Assembly (NCBI RefSeq): GCF_009914755.1 | Contig: NC_060945.1 | Reading direction: 5' to 3' (one strand) | Source: the human T2T-CHM13v2.0 reference genome, Homo sapiens | Length of the DNA: 64,000 nt | Part shown: positions 13,812 through 32,059 of the stretch, one piece after another | Numbering within the stretch: the first letter of the stretch is position 1 | How the letters are laid out: every line of letters starts with the position of its first letter | Program-made: the position numbers and the translations under genes | Notes under the pieces: generated by a model | Seen by the model: only the letters and a program-made list of their open reading frames with translations | Database searches by the model: none | Told to the model about the DNA's origin: nothing

Positions 13812-14000
13812 GTGCTGGCACTCACTTCTTAGCTGTGTGATCTTAGGCAAGTTACTTAACCTTTTCTTGCCTGTTTCTTCATGCTTACAATGGGAATAAT
13901 AATAATCTCCATCTCACAGAATTATTGTGAGGATTAAATGAGTTGTTATTTGTACAACCGTATTTTAAAAGGCCCTAGCTTATAGTAGGCACCATGGTGT
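13812..14000 (+). mobile_element. MIR
   Basis: MIR core: tagctgtgtgatcttaggcaagttacttaacc...aatgggaataata...gtgaggattaaatgag. Confidence 0.85.
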
Positions 14001-14713
14001 TGTCATTATTAATAATACTATTATTACCCTTATAGCTCATCAGTATTGGAAATTACTTGATTTGCACACTTGGATACCTAGAAAGGCTAAACTCTTCATC
14101 TCTAGCAGCCATTTGTGCTGATTTTGTGAGTTGCCTCAAGTGTCCTCATGCATTTTCAACAGTCGAGAAGGGCTTCAGGCTGACGGTGTGCATCAGATGG
14201 GATCAGTGTATTTTAATGTGCCTCCTCCCCATTGCCCCCCATCTGCATATTGAACATTGACTTTATGATGTCATGAGCACAAAGGTCCCTTGAAAATTAA
14301 ATTCATTGTTCACTTGGAACAGTGTCGGGGGAGCAGGAATGTTTGTGCTGACAACTCGGGGCGTTAACAGTTTCATAACTGTAAGGGAGAAGACAAATAG
14401 TGTAACCCACTCATTGTTAATAGAGGCATTAAAAGGTGGATGGACTTCTATTCCTATAAAGGTGACTTTTAAATTCATATGCAATCTGCTGCCTTTTTAT
14501 CACATCACCATTCTTGCCTTCCTTCTGACCAAACCATGAGTGTGGGGTTTATCCTCATCTCCTACTCAGCCCATTTTCTTCTCTTCCATTAATAAAATAA
14601 ATTCTGGAAAAAAAATACTTTCCTGAGTCTGCCTCCGAAATAACTCTCAGGTCATCTTGATAGCCCTGTGCCAAGCCAGTCACCAGTCCACAAAAGCCAA
14701 CCAATAGGCAAGA

Positions 14714-15016
<303 letters not shown>

Positions 15017-16309
15017 CAGGATTATTAATTGGAGAAAGGAGGAAAGGGGAAACATGTAACTGTTCCACCAAATCATGCCTCTCTCTTCTTTCTCTTTCTG
15101 AATTTCAATCGGGAAATGACATGCATCCCCTGCCAGCTGTATTACTTAACTGCCACCTCAGACACCATCTCCTAATGAGAGGCTGTTTCGGAAGATGGCT
15201 ATCACCTCCTTATGATTCTGTTTCCAAGATCCCAAAAGACAGATTAGCTCAGTGTCCTCCCTGCCACCACTGAGTTACAATCTGAGAGAAACCCTAGGCA
15301 TGCAACCCATGATGGAAGTCTTAGGAGAGGCTCTGTTTTGAACTAGAGATTAGAAACTTCTCATTGGTAGTTTCTGGTTCCTCTCACTGACCATTAGGCC
15401 AGACATTTCCATGATGGACTTCATAATCATGCAAGCTGCAATAGCAAAAATAGAATGAAAAGAAAATGACCAGAATGCTGCATACAAAGGGCACAGCCCA
15501 AATTACATAATTTTGTTCCCATCTGCATTGAGAGAATTACTGCATTTTTCAGAGACTAAATATCTAAAACCCAAGACTCCATTTTCTCCCCTCTCAGGCC
15601 TCTCCCCAGGCCCATACCCTATCTCTCCCCTGGCACTCTGATTTTGATGCAATGAATGCATTTGAGGGACTACATGATAAATAAGAAGTTTTTGGTATGA
15701 TAGAAAGTCTAAAATTAATAATGCCTTTTTACCAGCAGTGACTATGGGCTGATGATGCTACTCGTGAAATAAACCTGGTGGAGAGAGGCAGGACAGAGGT
15801 GAGTTAAGTCAGAGAGGAGAGGTTTACATCAAGGCAACCCAGTATGCTTTTTATTTGAATAACTGGGTGGCTTCCTCTTACGTAAAGTTGTTACTCAGAT
15901 TACCAGGAGAATTTGAAGAGTGTCAAATGCAGCACAATCAGAAGGCATGACTTTAATGTGTCCTGAAAACGCAGTCATGCCTCCGTCCTCCTACTTCTCG
16001 TGGTTGGCAGGAACCTGTAGCAGCTCACTGCCTCCATCCTGTCCCTGAATGCCCTAGACTTTGCATTCTCAGCTGCAAGGGTCTACATTTTATCCAGCCA
16101 TGAAGAATGCTGTCAAAGAAGGAGCTGGAGAAGTCAGACTCTCATACCTGCACCTCCAGGAGGGCTGAAACTGAAGGGGGAAGTAGGGGTGCTGCTCAGG
16201 TGTGCCGTGACTGAGGACACAGGACAGGGGCCCTTCTGGGTTTGGATGCTGGTGATCCTTCTCCAGCTGCTGTTTCAAGAGTGCATCAGGTCCCCAAGCT
16301 TTCACCTAT

Positions 16310-16666
16310 TGATATGGTTTGGCTGTGTCCCCACCCAAATCTCACCTTGAATTATAATAATCCCCACATGTCAAGGTGGGGGCCAGGTGGAGATAATTGA
16401 ATCATGGGGGCAGTTTCCCTCATACTGTTCTCAAGGTAGTGAAAAAGTCTAATGAGAGTTGACGCTTTTATAAGTGGGAGTTTCCCCTGCACAAGCTCTC
16501 TTGCTCATCACAGTGTAAGAAGTCCCTTTGCTCTTCCTTTGTCTTCCTCCATGATTGTGAGGCCTCCCCAGCCATGTGGAACTGTGAGTCCATTAAACCT
16601 CTTTCCTTTATAAATTACCCAGTCTCGGGTATATCTTTATTAGTAGCATGAGAACAGGCTAATACA
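16310..16666 (+). mobile_element. THE1 (B/C-like) solo LTR
   Basis: tgatatggtttggctgtgtccccacccaaatctc...ctaataca. Confidence 0.9.
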
Positions 16667-16679
16667 ATTATCAAGCTTG

Positions 16680-17330
16680 TAGAAAAGACCAGATCAGATA
16701 ACTGGGGCTGGGGAGCAACTACTTTCAAACATTGTTGCTGGGAGTGTGAATTGGTACAACCTTTAAGGTGGGCAACTCAGCCATATCTAACCAAATTTTA
16801 AAAAAATGCACATACCCTTTGGCCATCCCCCTTCTGGGGTTTAATCCTGTAGATAGGTTTATACATATACAAAATATAACATTACCGAGATATTCACTGA
16901 AATATTGTTTGGAAAGAGATTGGAAACAATCCAAATGTCCGTCACTAAATGGCTGATTGTATGAATGACAACACATAGATAGACAAAAGGAAATTAACAC
17001 TGTTATTAAAAAGAAGAATCAGCACTGTACATTCTGACATACAATTCACTTCATGATAATATAAAGTAAAAAAAGAAAGTGCAAAATACTGTGTATAATA
17101 TGCTACTCTTTGGACAAAGTGTACTTTATGTACATATATGCTTGTTTATGCACGGAATACCTCTGGAAATATCCACAAGAAACTGATTAACTACAGTTCC
17201 TTCTAGGGAGGAGAAACCAGTGGCTGGGAGATGGGAGAAGAGAGTCTTTCTGCACTGTGTACCCTTTTCTACCTTTCAACGTGTGGATCATATTCAAGTG
17301 TTAATTTTTTGACTGAAAAAGAAATTAGCT
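16680..17330 (+). mobile_element. L1ME-type 3' fragment
   Basis: tgggagtgtgaattggtacaacc...tggaaacaatccaaatgtcc...ctctggaa.t.t.cacaagaaactg. Confidence 0.7.
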
Positions 17331-17369
17331 ATAAACAGCATTATAAAGACTATTACCAGGAACTCTTCT

Positions 17370-17671
17370 AACGTTCTCAGGGTCAGAAGTCCAAAATCAG
17401 TCTCATGAGGTTAATGTCAAGGTGTCAGCAAGTCTTGTTCCTTCTGGAATCTCTATGGGACAAGAGGCTCCCTGCATTCCTTGGCTTGTGGCCACATCAC
17501 CCTGACCTCTGCTTCTGTGCTCACATCTCCTCTCTGACTCTGACCCTCCTGACTCCCTCTTATCAAGATCCTTGTGGTTACATTGGGATCTTGGGTAAAC
17601 CGGGATAATGAACAGATTCTGGGAATTCTAGGACTGAATATCTTTGGGGGTTCATTATTCAGTCTACCACA
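17370..17671 (-). mobile_element. MLT1 (C/D/E-like) LTR fragment
   Basis: gtcagaagtccaaaatcagtctca...aaggtgtcagca...ttccttggcttgtggcc...attattcagtctaccaca. Confidence 0.7.
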
Positions 17672-20600
17672 GGGGGTATGGGAGGAAACACTCCTGTTCT
17701 CTCTTCATTCCATTTCCCCTGTCCCCTAGGAAACCAGAGTAGACACTCTGACATCCACCAGCCAGTGCTCCCCAGTGGAGGGATTGCTGTGTTAAAGGCT
17801 GTGGTCCCTCACTCCCATGGTGCCCACGCCCTTGACCCCACACCCCACCTCTCTTCTCTGAGGAACATAGCTATCAGGTCCACCTTGGAGGCCAGAAACC
17901 CCCATTCTCAGATGGGACATGAGAGGATCCACCACATTCCTCAGGAGGTTGATTCAGAGCTCCACATCTTGGCAGTTGGTGGGGTCTCATCTAGAGAGTG
18001 CATTGGACCTAGAAAATTCTGACAAAGTCACTTCCTTTGGCAAGAACCTTGGAGAGGCGAGAGCTGGGATGCAGACGGGTTGCAAGGGTCCCAGTCAGGA
18101 AGGTTTGGTGCTGCGCTTTCCAAACTTTTATACATATGTATGGTTGACTAGTGATCTTGTTATTATTTTTCTTCCATGAGCTCTTGGGTTTTAAAAGCTT
18201 TTTGTCTTCTTAACCATCTACATTTAGTAAGTAGTAGCCTATATGTTCTAATCACAGATTAAGGCATAATTTCCATTAAACTTTTAAAAATCTTGAAAAG
18301 AAGCACACAACTCCCATTACCATATTTCAAAATAAACCCTTGACAGTCTCTGGAGTCCAGATTGGAAAACAAGGATACAGAAATAACAGCAATGACAATA
18401 GCAATGTTACCTACAGCACAAGGAGCTCTGGGCTGAGGGACAGGATACCTGCAGCCCGGCCCTTGCCCTGCCACTCACTCACTGTGCCAAGCTAAGAAAT
18501 GACTCACCTGCCCAGTGATCACAAGCCCCAGCCCCGGAGCCTCTGGTTTAACTGGGCCAGGGTGGGATTCCCCCAGGTAAGTCCAGTGTGAGTCAAGACC
18601 ACTGGCTGGACAGGGTCTAGCTGCCCCAGAGAACACTCCAGGCTGAGTCTCCCGGAGCCAAGGGGACAAACTCAGGACTCTGTGAGAGGGAGGGCAATGG
18701 GACGGGGACATAAGCAAGCCAAGCTGCACCCAGGGCCTGTGAATGTTGACATCTTGTGGGCTCAGGCCACCTGGTGAGGCTAAGCAGGAGAGTGCTTGGC
18801 TGTTCTGACACTGTTCATTAAGCCAGGGACAGACAGAGACTAACGTGATTTAAAAGCCTCCAAAAGACACACTGCAAATCAGGGTCACAGCAAGGGCCAG
18901 CCAGCAGCCAGCTCAGGCTTGCCCTCTCTCCCTCTCAACCCTCCTTTCCCCCTGCACTCACCTTGTCTGAGCCAAATTGTTTTTCCACCAAAATTTACAG
19001 GGGTAGCACTGTGGGGAAACATTTGGGAGAGATCTCCGGCTGTGACCCACTGTTAAAAGCATCTCCACTGGCTATTGCTAAACAGAAAAGATTGTGGCTT
19101 CCCAGCAAGGCTGATTTCCCAGAAAACAGCCCTGGTAGGCCAAGGGGTAGGAACGCGAGGTAAGTGCTTATCTCCATGTGCTGATGTTCACTAGGGAAGC
19201 CAGGGACGGTCAGGATATCTCACCCCAGCTGAAATCAGATGACAAGCTGGTATCCATCTCAGAGGGAGCTCTAGAGGACAAGCAGAGGCAGGCTGAACAT
19301 AGGTATCTTCTTTTTGTTGAAACACAAAGATAGCCGCTGCCTTTCTTTCTTGCCCTCTTACTCATAATTTTGTCCTGGAGAGGATCAGGAGGAGCCTCCC
19401 TGGATTATTCCAATTAGTCATTAGTCACTTGTTTCTCTGGTATGGGATAATCTGGTTCTATGATTACAGTGACCTAGAGTACCTGAACCAAAAACTGAGA
19501 GGCACATTTTAGTAAAAATTATTTTGGTGGGAGGTTTTTCCCACTATTTGTCATTCTATGAAAACAAAAAGTTTGCAGGCTAGAATACAAAAATTTAGAT
19601 CATAACAAAAAGGTCTAACATTCTAAGATGAATTTCTAACACTCTGTGGTGCCATCACCATAAGAAGATGTGGGGGATGTTAGTGGATGTGGTGGACTAA
19701 AGACCTCTAAAACTCCTCTCCTCCATAAAAGCAACAAAAACACTAACCAAAAAAAAGTCAGAATCAAATTTTTCAGAAATTTAGAAATTAACCAAAGGCT
19801 TGCAACAATCTGAGGTGCATTTATTCAGTAACAATGGCTGAATCTTGGTAAAAAAATAGAAAGCTTTGTGGTATTTTAATTTGCCTATTCCCATCCCTTA
19901 CCCGTACCCCCAGATTTGCAGTACTCTGGAAAACCAACAGCCCACAATCGCAGTGAAAAATCTCAAAAACCTAGTCTGACAGCCACTGGAAGGAGAAGAA
20001 CAGTTCTGGAGCCCCCTCAAAGTTCCATTTCCAGAGAACTGTCATCATTCCACCTGTCTACTTTCCTGGAAGACCCCACCAACAATGCTGTCTTTATGTG
20101 ATGTGACTCAGAGCTCTTCCAGTGCAAAAAGCCTTTTCTTCAGAGGATATTTGTCTAAAACAAAGCATCTTGACTGCCTGAGGCAGTAGATAGCAGTTGG
20201 GGCAAATAATAGGCCAACCAAAGAGCTTAAAAGGAAAAGCTGGAGAATGACTTGTTCAAAGAGAGCTTTTAAAAGCTCTGATATATTCCTGTTAATCTAA
20301 AATGCCACATATATGCATAGGACAGTAGGCATGCCCAGAGCTATATCATGCCCAAGAAAGACCTGAGAAGGGCTGGCTGACTTTGAAGCTCTGTGGAAGC
20401 AGGAAGTAAAGGCTAAGGCAGAGTTTTTAACTTCTTGACTGAATGTTAAAGGTGGGCCCCCAATACACATACAGAACCTCTCAGCAAAAATTGGGAGACT
20501 TATTGGTTCCACGTACTTAAGAAATATTTGACTAATTATTAGTGTACCACTAAGCCAAATGAGCAGAGCCTTCAGGGGCCACCTATGACAAAGAAGACAG

Positions 20601-21585
20601 ACTTTACATAATTAGTTCAGAAAAATCACTGAACAAACATTTACAAAACAAACAGCAAGAACAAACCCTGGAGAGGGGTGAAGATCTGATTTCCAGAGTT
20701 GTCATATTATATTATGTAAAAATTCCAGTTTTTAATAACAATAAAAAATTATGAGACATACAAAGAAACAAAAAGTATGACCCATACAGGCTGAAAGAAT
20801 CAGTCAAGAAAAACTGTTCCAAAGGAAAAACTAGATATTAGACATACTAGACAAGGACTTTAAACCACCTATTTTAAATATGTTTAAAGAACTGAAGACA
20901 CATCTAAAGAACTAAAGTATGAAAATGATGTTTCACTATATAGAGAATACCAATAAAGAGACAAAAAGAATAAAAACGACCCAAATAGAAATTCTAGAGT
21001 GGAAAGTACAAAAACTGAAATGAAAAAAAATTCACTCAACAGCAGACTTGAGCTGGCAGAAGAAAGAAACAACATACTTGAAAATAAGTTGATTGAGATT
21101 ATTCAGTCTGACTTACAGAAAGAAAAAAGAAGGAAGAAAATTTAACAGAGCATAAAAGACCAACAAATACATAATTGGAATTCCAAAAGTAGTGAAGAGA
21201 GAGAAAGGATCAGAAAGAATAGTTGAAGAAGTAATGGCTGAAAACTTTCCAAATTGGATAAAATACATTTACCCACACATCCAACTAGCTCAACAACCTT
21301 CAGGTAGGATAAACTCAAAGAGACTCACACAGAGACTCATCATGATCCAACTGTCAAAAGATAAAAAGAGAATCTTGAGAGCAGCAAGACAGTAGAGATC
21401 CATCATGTATAAGGGATCCTCAAGAATGTTAACTTTCTCATCAGAATCCATGGAATCGGGAAGGCAAAGGGTGACATATTCAAAATTCTGAAGGAAAAAA
21501 AAACACTATCAACCAATAATTTTACATTCAGCAAAACTATCCTTAAACATGAAGGTGAAATTAAGACATCAAGATAAACAAATAA

Positions 21586-21912
<327 letters not shown>

Positions 21913-22486
21913 TCACTTGCACCTAAACTACAAGAAATACTAAAGGGAATCCTTCCAGCTGAAGTGATAAGACACAAAATAGTAACTCATGAAGAAGCAA
22001 CCACATGAAGAAATAAAAAGCACTGGTGAAGATAACTACGTAGTAAGTATGAAAGACAGAATAAATGTATTCTTCTTTGTGTTTTACTCTTTTTTCTCCA
22101 GATTTAAAAGACAACTGCATGAAGCAATAATTATAAGCCTGTGTTAACAAGTAAACATAATATAAATATGCAATTTGGATAATAAAAGCACAAAGGAGCA
22201 GAGAGGAAATAGAGCTATAATAAAAAGAGTTTTGTATGCCTTTTTAAGTTAGGTTGTTATGAATCCTAGCTTGTCATAAATTAAGATGTTAAATGTAATC
22301 CCTAGGGCAACAAATACGAAAAAACTAAAAAACATACAGTAAAAGAAGGAACAAAGGAACTAAGTTGGTACACTAGAACATGGCTGCTTAACATAAAAGA
22401 AGGGAATAGTGGAGGAATAAAAGAACAAAAAAAGATATAAGACTTACAGAAAACTAATATCGAAATGGTAGAAATAAATCTTATCA

Positions 22487-22768
<282 letters not shown>

Positions 22769-25268
22769 TTACATTAAACATAAATGGATTCACATTCCAA
22801 CCAAAAGAAACAGATTGGCAGAACTAATTCTTAAAAATGCATTATTCGGGGGCTAGCAAGATGGCCGAATAGGAACAGTTCCAGTCTGCAGCACCCAGTG
22901 AGACTAACACAGAAGGCAGATGATTTCTGCATTTCCAACTGAGATACCCGGTTCATCTCCTTGGGACTGGTTACACAGTGGGTGCAGCCCACAGAGGGTG
23001 AGCAAAAGCAGGGTGGGGTGTTGCCTCACCCGGGAAGTGCAAGGGATTGGGGAAGTCCCTCCCCTAGCCAAGAGAAGCCATGAGGGACTGTGCTGTGAGA
23101 GATGGTGCTATCCAGCCCAGATACTATGCTTTTCCCACGGTCTTCACAACCTGCAGACCAGAAGATTCCCTTGGGTGCCATACCACCAGGGCCCTGGGTT
23201 TCAAGAACAAAACTGGGCAGCCATTTGCGCAGACACAGAGATAGCTGCAGAAGTCTTTTTTCATACCCCAGTGGTGCCTGGAATGCCAGCAAGACAGAAC
23301 GGTTCACTCCCTGGAAAGAGGGCTGAAGCCAGGGAGCTAAGCGGTCTTTCCCAGAGGATCCCACCCCCACAGAGCCCAACGAGCTAAGATCCACTGGTGT
23401 GAAATCCTCTCTGCCAGCACAGCAGTCTGAAGTCAACCTGGGATGCTCAAGCTTGGTGAGGGAAGGGGCATCCACCATTACTGAGGCTTGAGTAGGTGAT
23501 TTCCCCCTCACAGTGTAAACAAAGCCTTAGGGAAGTTCGAACTGGGCAGAGCCCACCACAGCACGGCAAAACCACTGTAGCCAGACTGCCTCTCTAGATT
23601 CTTCCTCTCTGGGCAGGGCATCTCTGAAAGAAAGGTAGCAGCCCCAGTCAGGTGCTTATAGATAAAACTCCCATCTCCCTGGGACAGACCACCTGGGGGA
23701 AGGGGCGGCTGTGGGTGCATCTTCAGCAGACTTAAACGTTCCTGCCTGCTGACTCTGAAGAGAGCAGTGGATTTCCCAACACAGCACTTCAGCTCTGCTA
23801 AGGGACAGGCTGCCTCCTCAAATGGGTCCCTGACTCCTATGCCTCCTGACTGTGAGACACCTCCCAGCAGGGGTCAACAGACACCTCATACAGGAGAGCT
23901 CCAGCTGGCATCTGGAGGGTGTCCCTCTGGGACGAAGCTTCCAGAGGAAGGAGCAAGCAGCAATCTTTGCTGTTCTGCAGCCTCCACTGGTGATACCCTG
24001 GCAAACAGGATCTGGAGTGGACCTCCTGCAAACTCCACCAGACCTGCAGAAGAGGGTCCTGACTGTTAGAAGGAAAACTAACAATCAGAAAGCAATAGCA
24101 TCAACATCAACAAAAAGGACGCCCACGCAAAAACCCCATCCGAAGGTCACCAACATCAAAGATCAAAGGTAGATAAATCCATGAAGATGAGGAAAAACCA
24201 GCACAAAAAAGCTGAAAATTCCAAAAGCCAGAATACTTCTTCTCCTCCAAAAGATCACAACTCCTCACCAGCAAAGGAACAAAACTAGATGGAGAATGAG
24301 TTTGACAAATTGACAGAAGCAGGCTTCAGAAAGTGGGTGATAACAAACTCCTCCGAGCTAAAAGAGCATCTTCTAACCCAATCCAAGGAAGCTAAGAACC
24401 TTGATAAAAGGTTACAGGACTTGCTAACTAGAATAACCAGTTTAGAGAAGAACATAAATGACATGATGGAGCTGAAAAACACAGCACAAGAACTTTGTGA
24501 AGCCTAAACAAGTATCAATAGCTGAATCGATCAAGCAGAAGAAAGGATATCAGAGATTGAAGATCAATTTAATGAAATAAAGTGTGAAGACAAGATTAGA
24601 GAAAAAATAATGAAAAGAAACAAACAAAGCCTCCAAGAAATATGGGACTATGTGAAAAGACCAAACCTACGTTTGATTGGTGTACCTGAAAGTGATGGGG
24701 AGAATGGAACCAAGTTGGAAAACATACTTCAGGAAATTATCCAAGAGAACTTCCCCGACCTAGCAAGATAGGCCAACATTCAAATTCAGGAAATACAGAG
24801 AAAACCAGAAAGATACTCCTCGAGAAGAGCAACCCGAAGACACATAATCAACAGATTCACCAAGGTTGAAATGAGGAAAAAATGTTAAGGGCAACCAGAA
24901 AGAAAGGTCAAGTTACCCAGAAAGGGAAACCCATCAGACCAACAGGAGATCTCTCTAAAGAAACCCTACAAGCCAGAAGAGAATGGGGGCCAATATTCAA
25001 CATTCTTAAAGAAAAGAATTTTCAACCCAGAATTTTGTATCCAGCCAAACTAAGCTTCATAAGTAAAGGAGAAATAAAATCCTTTATAGACAAGCAAATG
25101 CTGAGGGATTTTGTCACCACCAGGCCTGCCTTACCAGAGCTCCTGAAGGAAGCACTAAATATGGAAAGGAAAAACCGGTACCAGCCACTGCAAAAACATA
25201 CCAAAATGTAAAGACCATCAACACTATGAAGAAACTCCATCAACTAATGGGCAAAATAAACAACTAGT

Positions 25269-25576
<308 letters not shown>

Positions 25577-26323
25577 CTAGCATCATAATGACAGAATCAA
25601 ATTCACACATAACAATATTAACCTTAAATGTAAATGGGCTAAACGTCCCAATTAAAAGACTCAGACTGGCAAATTGGATAAAGAGTCAAGACCCATTGGT
25701 GTGCTGTATTCAGGAGACACATCTCACGTGCAAAGACACATATAGGCTCAAAACTAAGGGATGGAGGAATATTTACCAAGCAAATGGAAAGAAAAAAAAA
25801 AGCAGGGGTTGCAATCCTAGTCTTTGATAAAACAGACTTTAAACCAACAAAGATCAAAAAAGACAAAAAAGGGCATTACATAATGGTAAAGGGATCAATG
25901 CAACAAGAAAAGCTAATGATCTAAATATATATGCACCCAATACAGGAGAACCCAGATTCACAAAGCAAGTTTTTAGAGACCTACAAAGAGACTTAGACTC
26001 CCAAACAATAACAGTGGGAGACTTTAGCACCCCACTAACAATATTAGACAGATCAACGAGACAGAAAATTAACAAGGATATTCAGGACTTGAACTCAGCT
26101 CTGGACCAAAAGGACCTAATAGAAATCTACAGAACTCTCCACACCAAATCAACAGAATATACATTGATCTCAGCACGACATAGCACTTACTCTACAATTA
26201 ACCACATAATTGGAAGTAAAACTCTCCTCAGCAAATGCAAAAGAACAAGAATCATAAAAAACAGTCTCTCAGACCACAGTGCAATCAAATTAGAAATCAG
26301 GATTAAGAAACTCACTCAAAACC

Positions 26324-26638
26324 AGCCAGGCGTGGTGGCTCATGCCTGTAATCCCAACACTTTGGGAGGCCAAGGCGGGCGGGTCACGAGGTCAGGAGAT
26401 CAAGACCATCCTGGCTAACATGGTGAAACCCTGTCTCTACTAAAAATACAAAAAAATTAGCCAGGTGTGGTGGTGGGCACCTGTAGTCCCATCTACTTGG
26501 GAGGCTAAAGGAGGAGAACAGTGTGAACCTGGCAGGCGGAGCTTGCTTGCAGTGAGCTGAGATTGCGCTACTGCACTCCAGCCTGGGTGACAGAACAAGA
26601 CTCCGTCTCAAAAAAAAAAAAAAAAAAAGAAAGAAAGA
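26324..26638 (+). mobile_element. AluY/Sc-like inside L1 ORF2
   Basis: 19-bp TSD aagaaactcactcaaaacc on both sides. Confidence 0.92.
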
Positions 26639-26902
26639 AAGAAACTCACTCAAAACCTCACAACTACAAGGGAACTGAGCAACCTGCTCCTGAATGACTA
26701 CCGGGTAAATAACAAAATTAACGCAGATATAAAGAAGTTCTTTGAAATCAATGAGAACCAAGACACAACATACCAGAATCTCTAGGACACAGCTAAAGCA
26801 GTGTTTAGAGGGAAATTTATAGCACTAAATGCCCACATGAGAACATGGGAAAGATCAAGAACTGACACCCTAACATCATGATTAAAAGAACTAGAGAAGT
26901 AA

Positions 26903-27040
<138 letters not shown>

Positions 27041-27589
27041 TAGATGGAACGCCAGCCAGAGCAATAAAGAAGAAAAGAGAGAAGAATCAAATAGACACAA
27101 TAAAAAATGACTAAGGGGATATCACCACTGATCCCACAGAAATACAAACTACCATCAGAGAATACTATAAACACATCTACACAAATAAACCAGAAAATCT
27201 AGAAGAAATGGATAAATTCCTGGGCACATACACCCTCCCAAGACTAAACCAGGAAGAAGTCGAATCCCTGAATAGACCAATAACAACTTCTGAAATTGAG
27301 GCAGTGATTAATAGCTTACCAACCAAAAAAAGGCCAAGACCAGATGGATTCACAGCCAAATTCTACCTGAGGTAAAAGAGGAGCTGGTACCATTCCTTCT
27401 GAAACTATTCCAAACAATAGAAAAAGAGGAACTCCTCCCTAACTCATTTTATGAGGCCAGCATCATCCTGATACCAAAACCTGACAGAGACACAACAAAA
27501 AAAGAAAATTTCAGGCCAATATCCCTGATGAACATCAATGCAAAAATCCTCAACAAAATAATGGCCAACCAAATCCAGTAGTATATTAA

Positions 27590-29975
<2,386 letters not shown>

Positions 29976-31753
29976 GTTTTTCATAAAAAATGCATTTTTT
30001 AATGCTCAACTATATGCTGCCTACAAAAGACGCATTTTAAACTTAATGACATAAATAGGTTGAAAATAAAAGGATAGGAAAATATATACCATTCATACAA
30101 AAGAGAGTTAGAGTGGCTATACTAATATCAGACAAAATGGACTTTATACAAAAATCGTTACTAGAGACAAAGAAGGACATTTTATAGTGATAAAAGTATC
30201 AATCTATCAGAAAGAAACAACAATTATAAACATAGAAGGACCTAAAAACAGGGCCTCAAAATATATAAAGCAAAAACTGACAAAATGGGCAGATATGAAA
30301 GAATAAATAGACAAGTCAGCAATAACAGTTGGAGACTTTCAACCACACTTTCAATAATATAGAGAAAAACTAGACAGAAGATCAACAAGAAAGTAGAAGA
30401 CTTGAACAGTACTATGAACCAACTAGACCTAATAGACATCTACAGAACACTTCAGAATACATATTTTTCTCAAGCACACATGGGATATTTTCTAGGATAA
30501 ACTATATTGCCATAAGACAAGTTTCAATAAATTTACATTGATTAAAAATACACAAAATATGTTCTCCAACCATAATGAAATGAAATTAGAAATCAATCAC
30601 AGAAGAAAATTTAGACAATTCACAAATAGGAAAACAACACAATTCTAAAAAAATCAGTGGCTCAAAACTAAAATCACAACAGAAGTTGGAAATTGAGCAG
30701 ATTGAAAACAAAACACAACATATCTATGGGATGCAAATAAAGCAGTGCTTATAGGGAAATTTATAGTTGTAAGTGTCTATATTTACAAAGTAGAATGATC
30801 TTAAATGAATAACCACTGGCTACCTTAAGAAACTAGAAAAAGAACTAAACCCAAAGCAGAAAAAGGAAGGAAATAATAAATATTAGAGACAAAATAAACG
30901 AAATAGAGAATAGAAAGTAATAAAAATAAATCAATAAAACCAAAAAGTAGAAGTTGATAAGATCAACAAAATTGACAAATGTTTCTCAAAACTGAACAAG
31001 AAAAAAAGAAAGGATTCAAATAACTAAAATTAGAAATGATATAGGGAATGTTACTACTGACCTTACAGAAAAAAAAAATAGGATTATAACAAAAAACAAT
31101 GGGCAATTGTACACCAAAAAATCAGATAACCTAGATGAAACGGACATATTCTTAGAAAGATAAAACAACCTAAACTGACTCAAAAAGAAACAGAAGTCTG
31201 AATAGAGTTATAAAAAATACAGAGATTGAATTAGTAGGGAAAAACATTGCAAAGAAAAGGTCAGGCCCAGATAGCTTCACTGGTGAATTCTACCAAAACT
31301 TTAAAGAATACTTGACGTCAATTCTTCACAAACTCTTCCAAAAAATAGAAGAGGGAGAACGTTTCCCAACTCATTCTATGAAGCCAGTATTACTCTGATA
31401 CCCAAATCAAAGACATCACAAGAGAAGAAAATTACATACTAATATTTATTGTGCATATATGCAAACTTCTGAACATACTATTAGTAAACCAAATCCAACA
31501 ACATATGAAAAGATGTGTACACTGTGACCAAATGAGATTTATCCCAGAAATGCAATATGGATTCAACATAAAAAATCAAGCAATGCAATATGTCATATTA
31601 ATAAAGGACAAAACCACATGGTCATCTCAGTAGACGTGGAAAGCATTTGATAAAATCAACATCCTTTCATGATAAAAACACTCAATAAACTAGTAATAGA
31701 AGGGAATTTCCTCAACCTCATAAAGGGCATCTACAAAAAAAGTTAACATCGTC

Positions 31754-32059
<306 letters not shown>

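Noticed and set aside
22920-24172. Overlapping 100-160-aa ORFs on both strands
   Set aside because: They lie in the GC-rich L1PA7-like 5'UTR and I could not match them to a known product.
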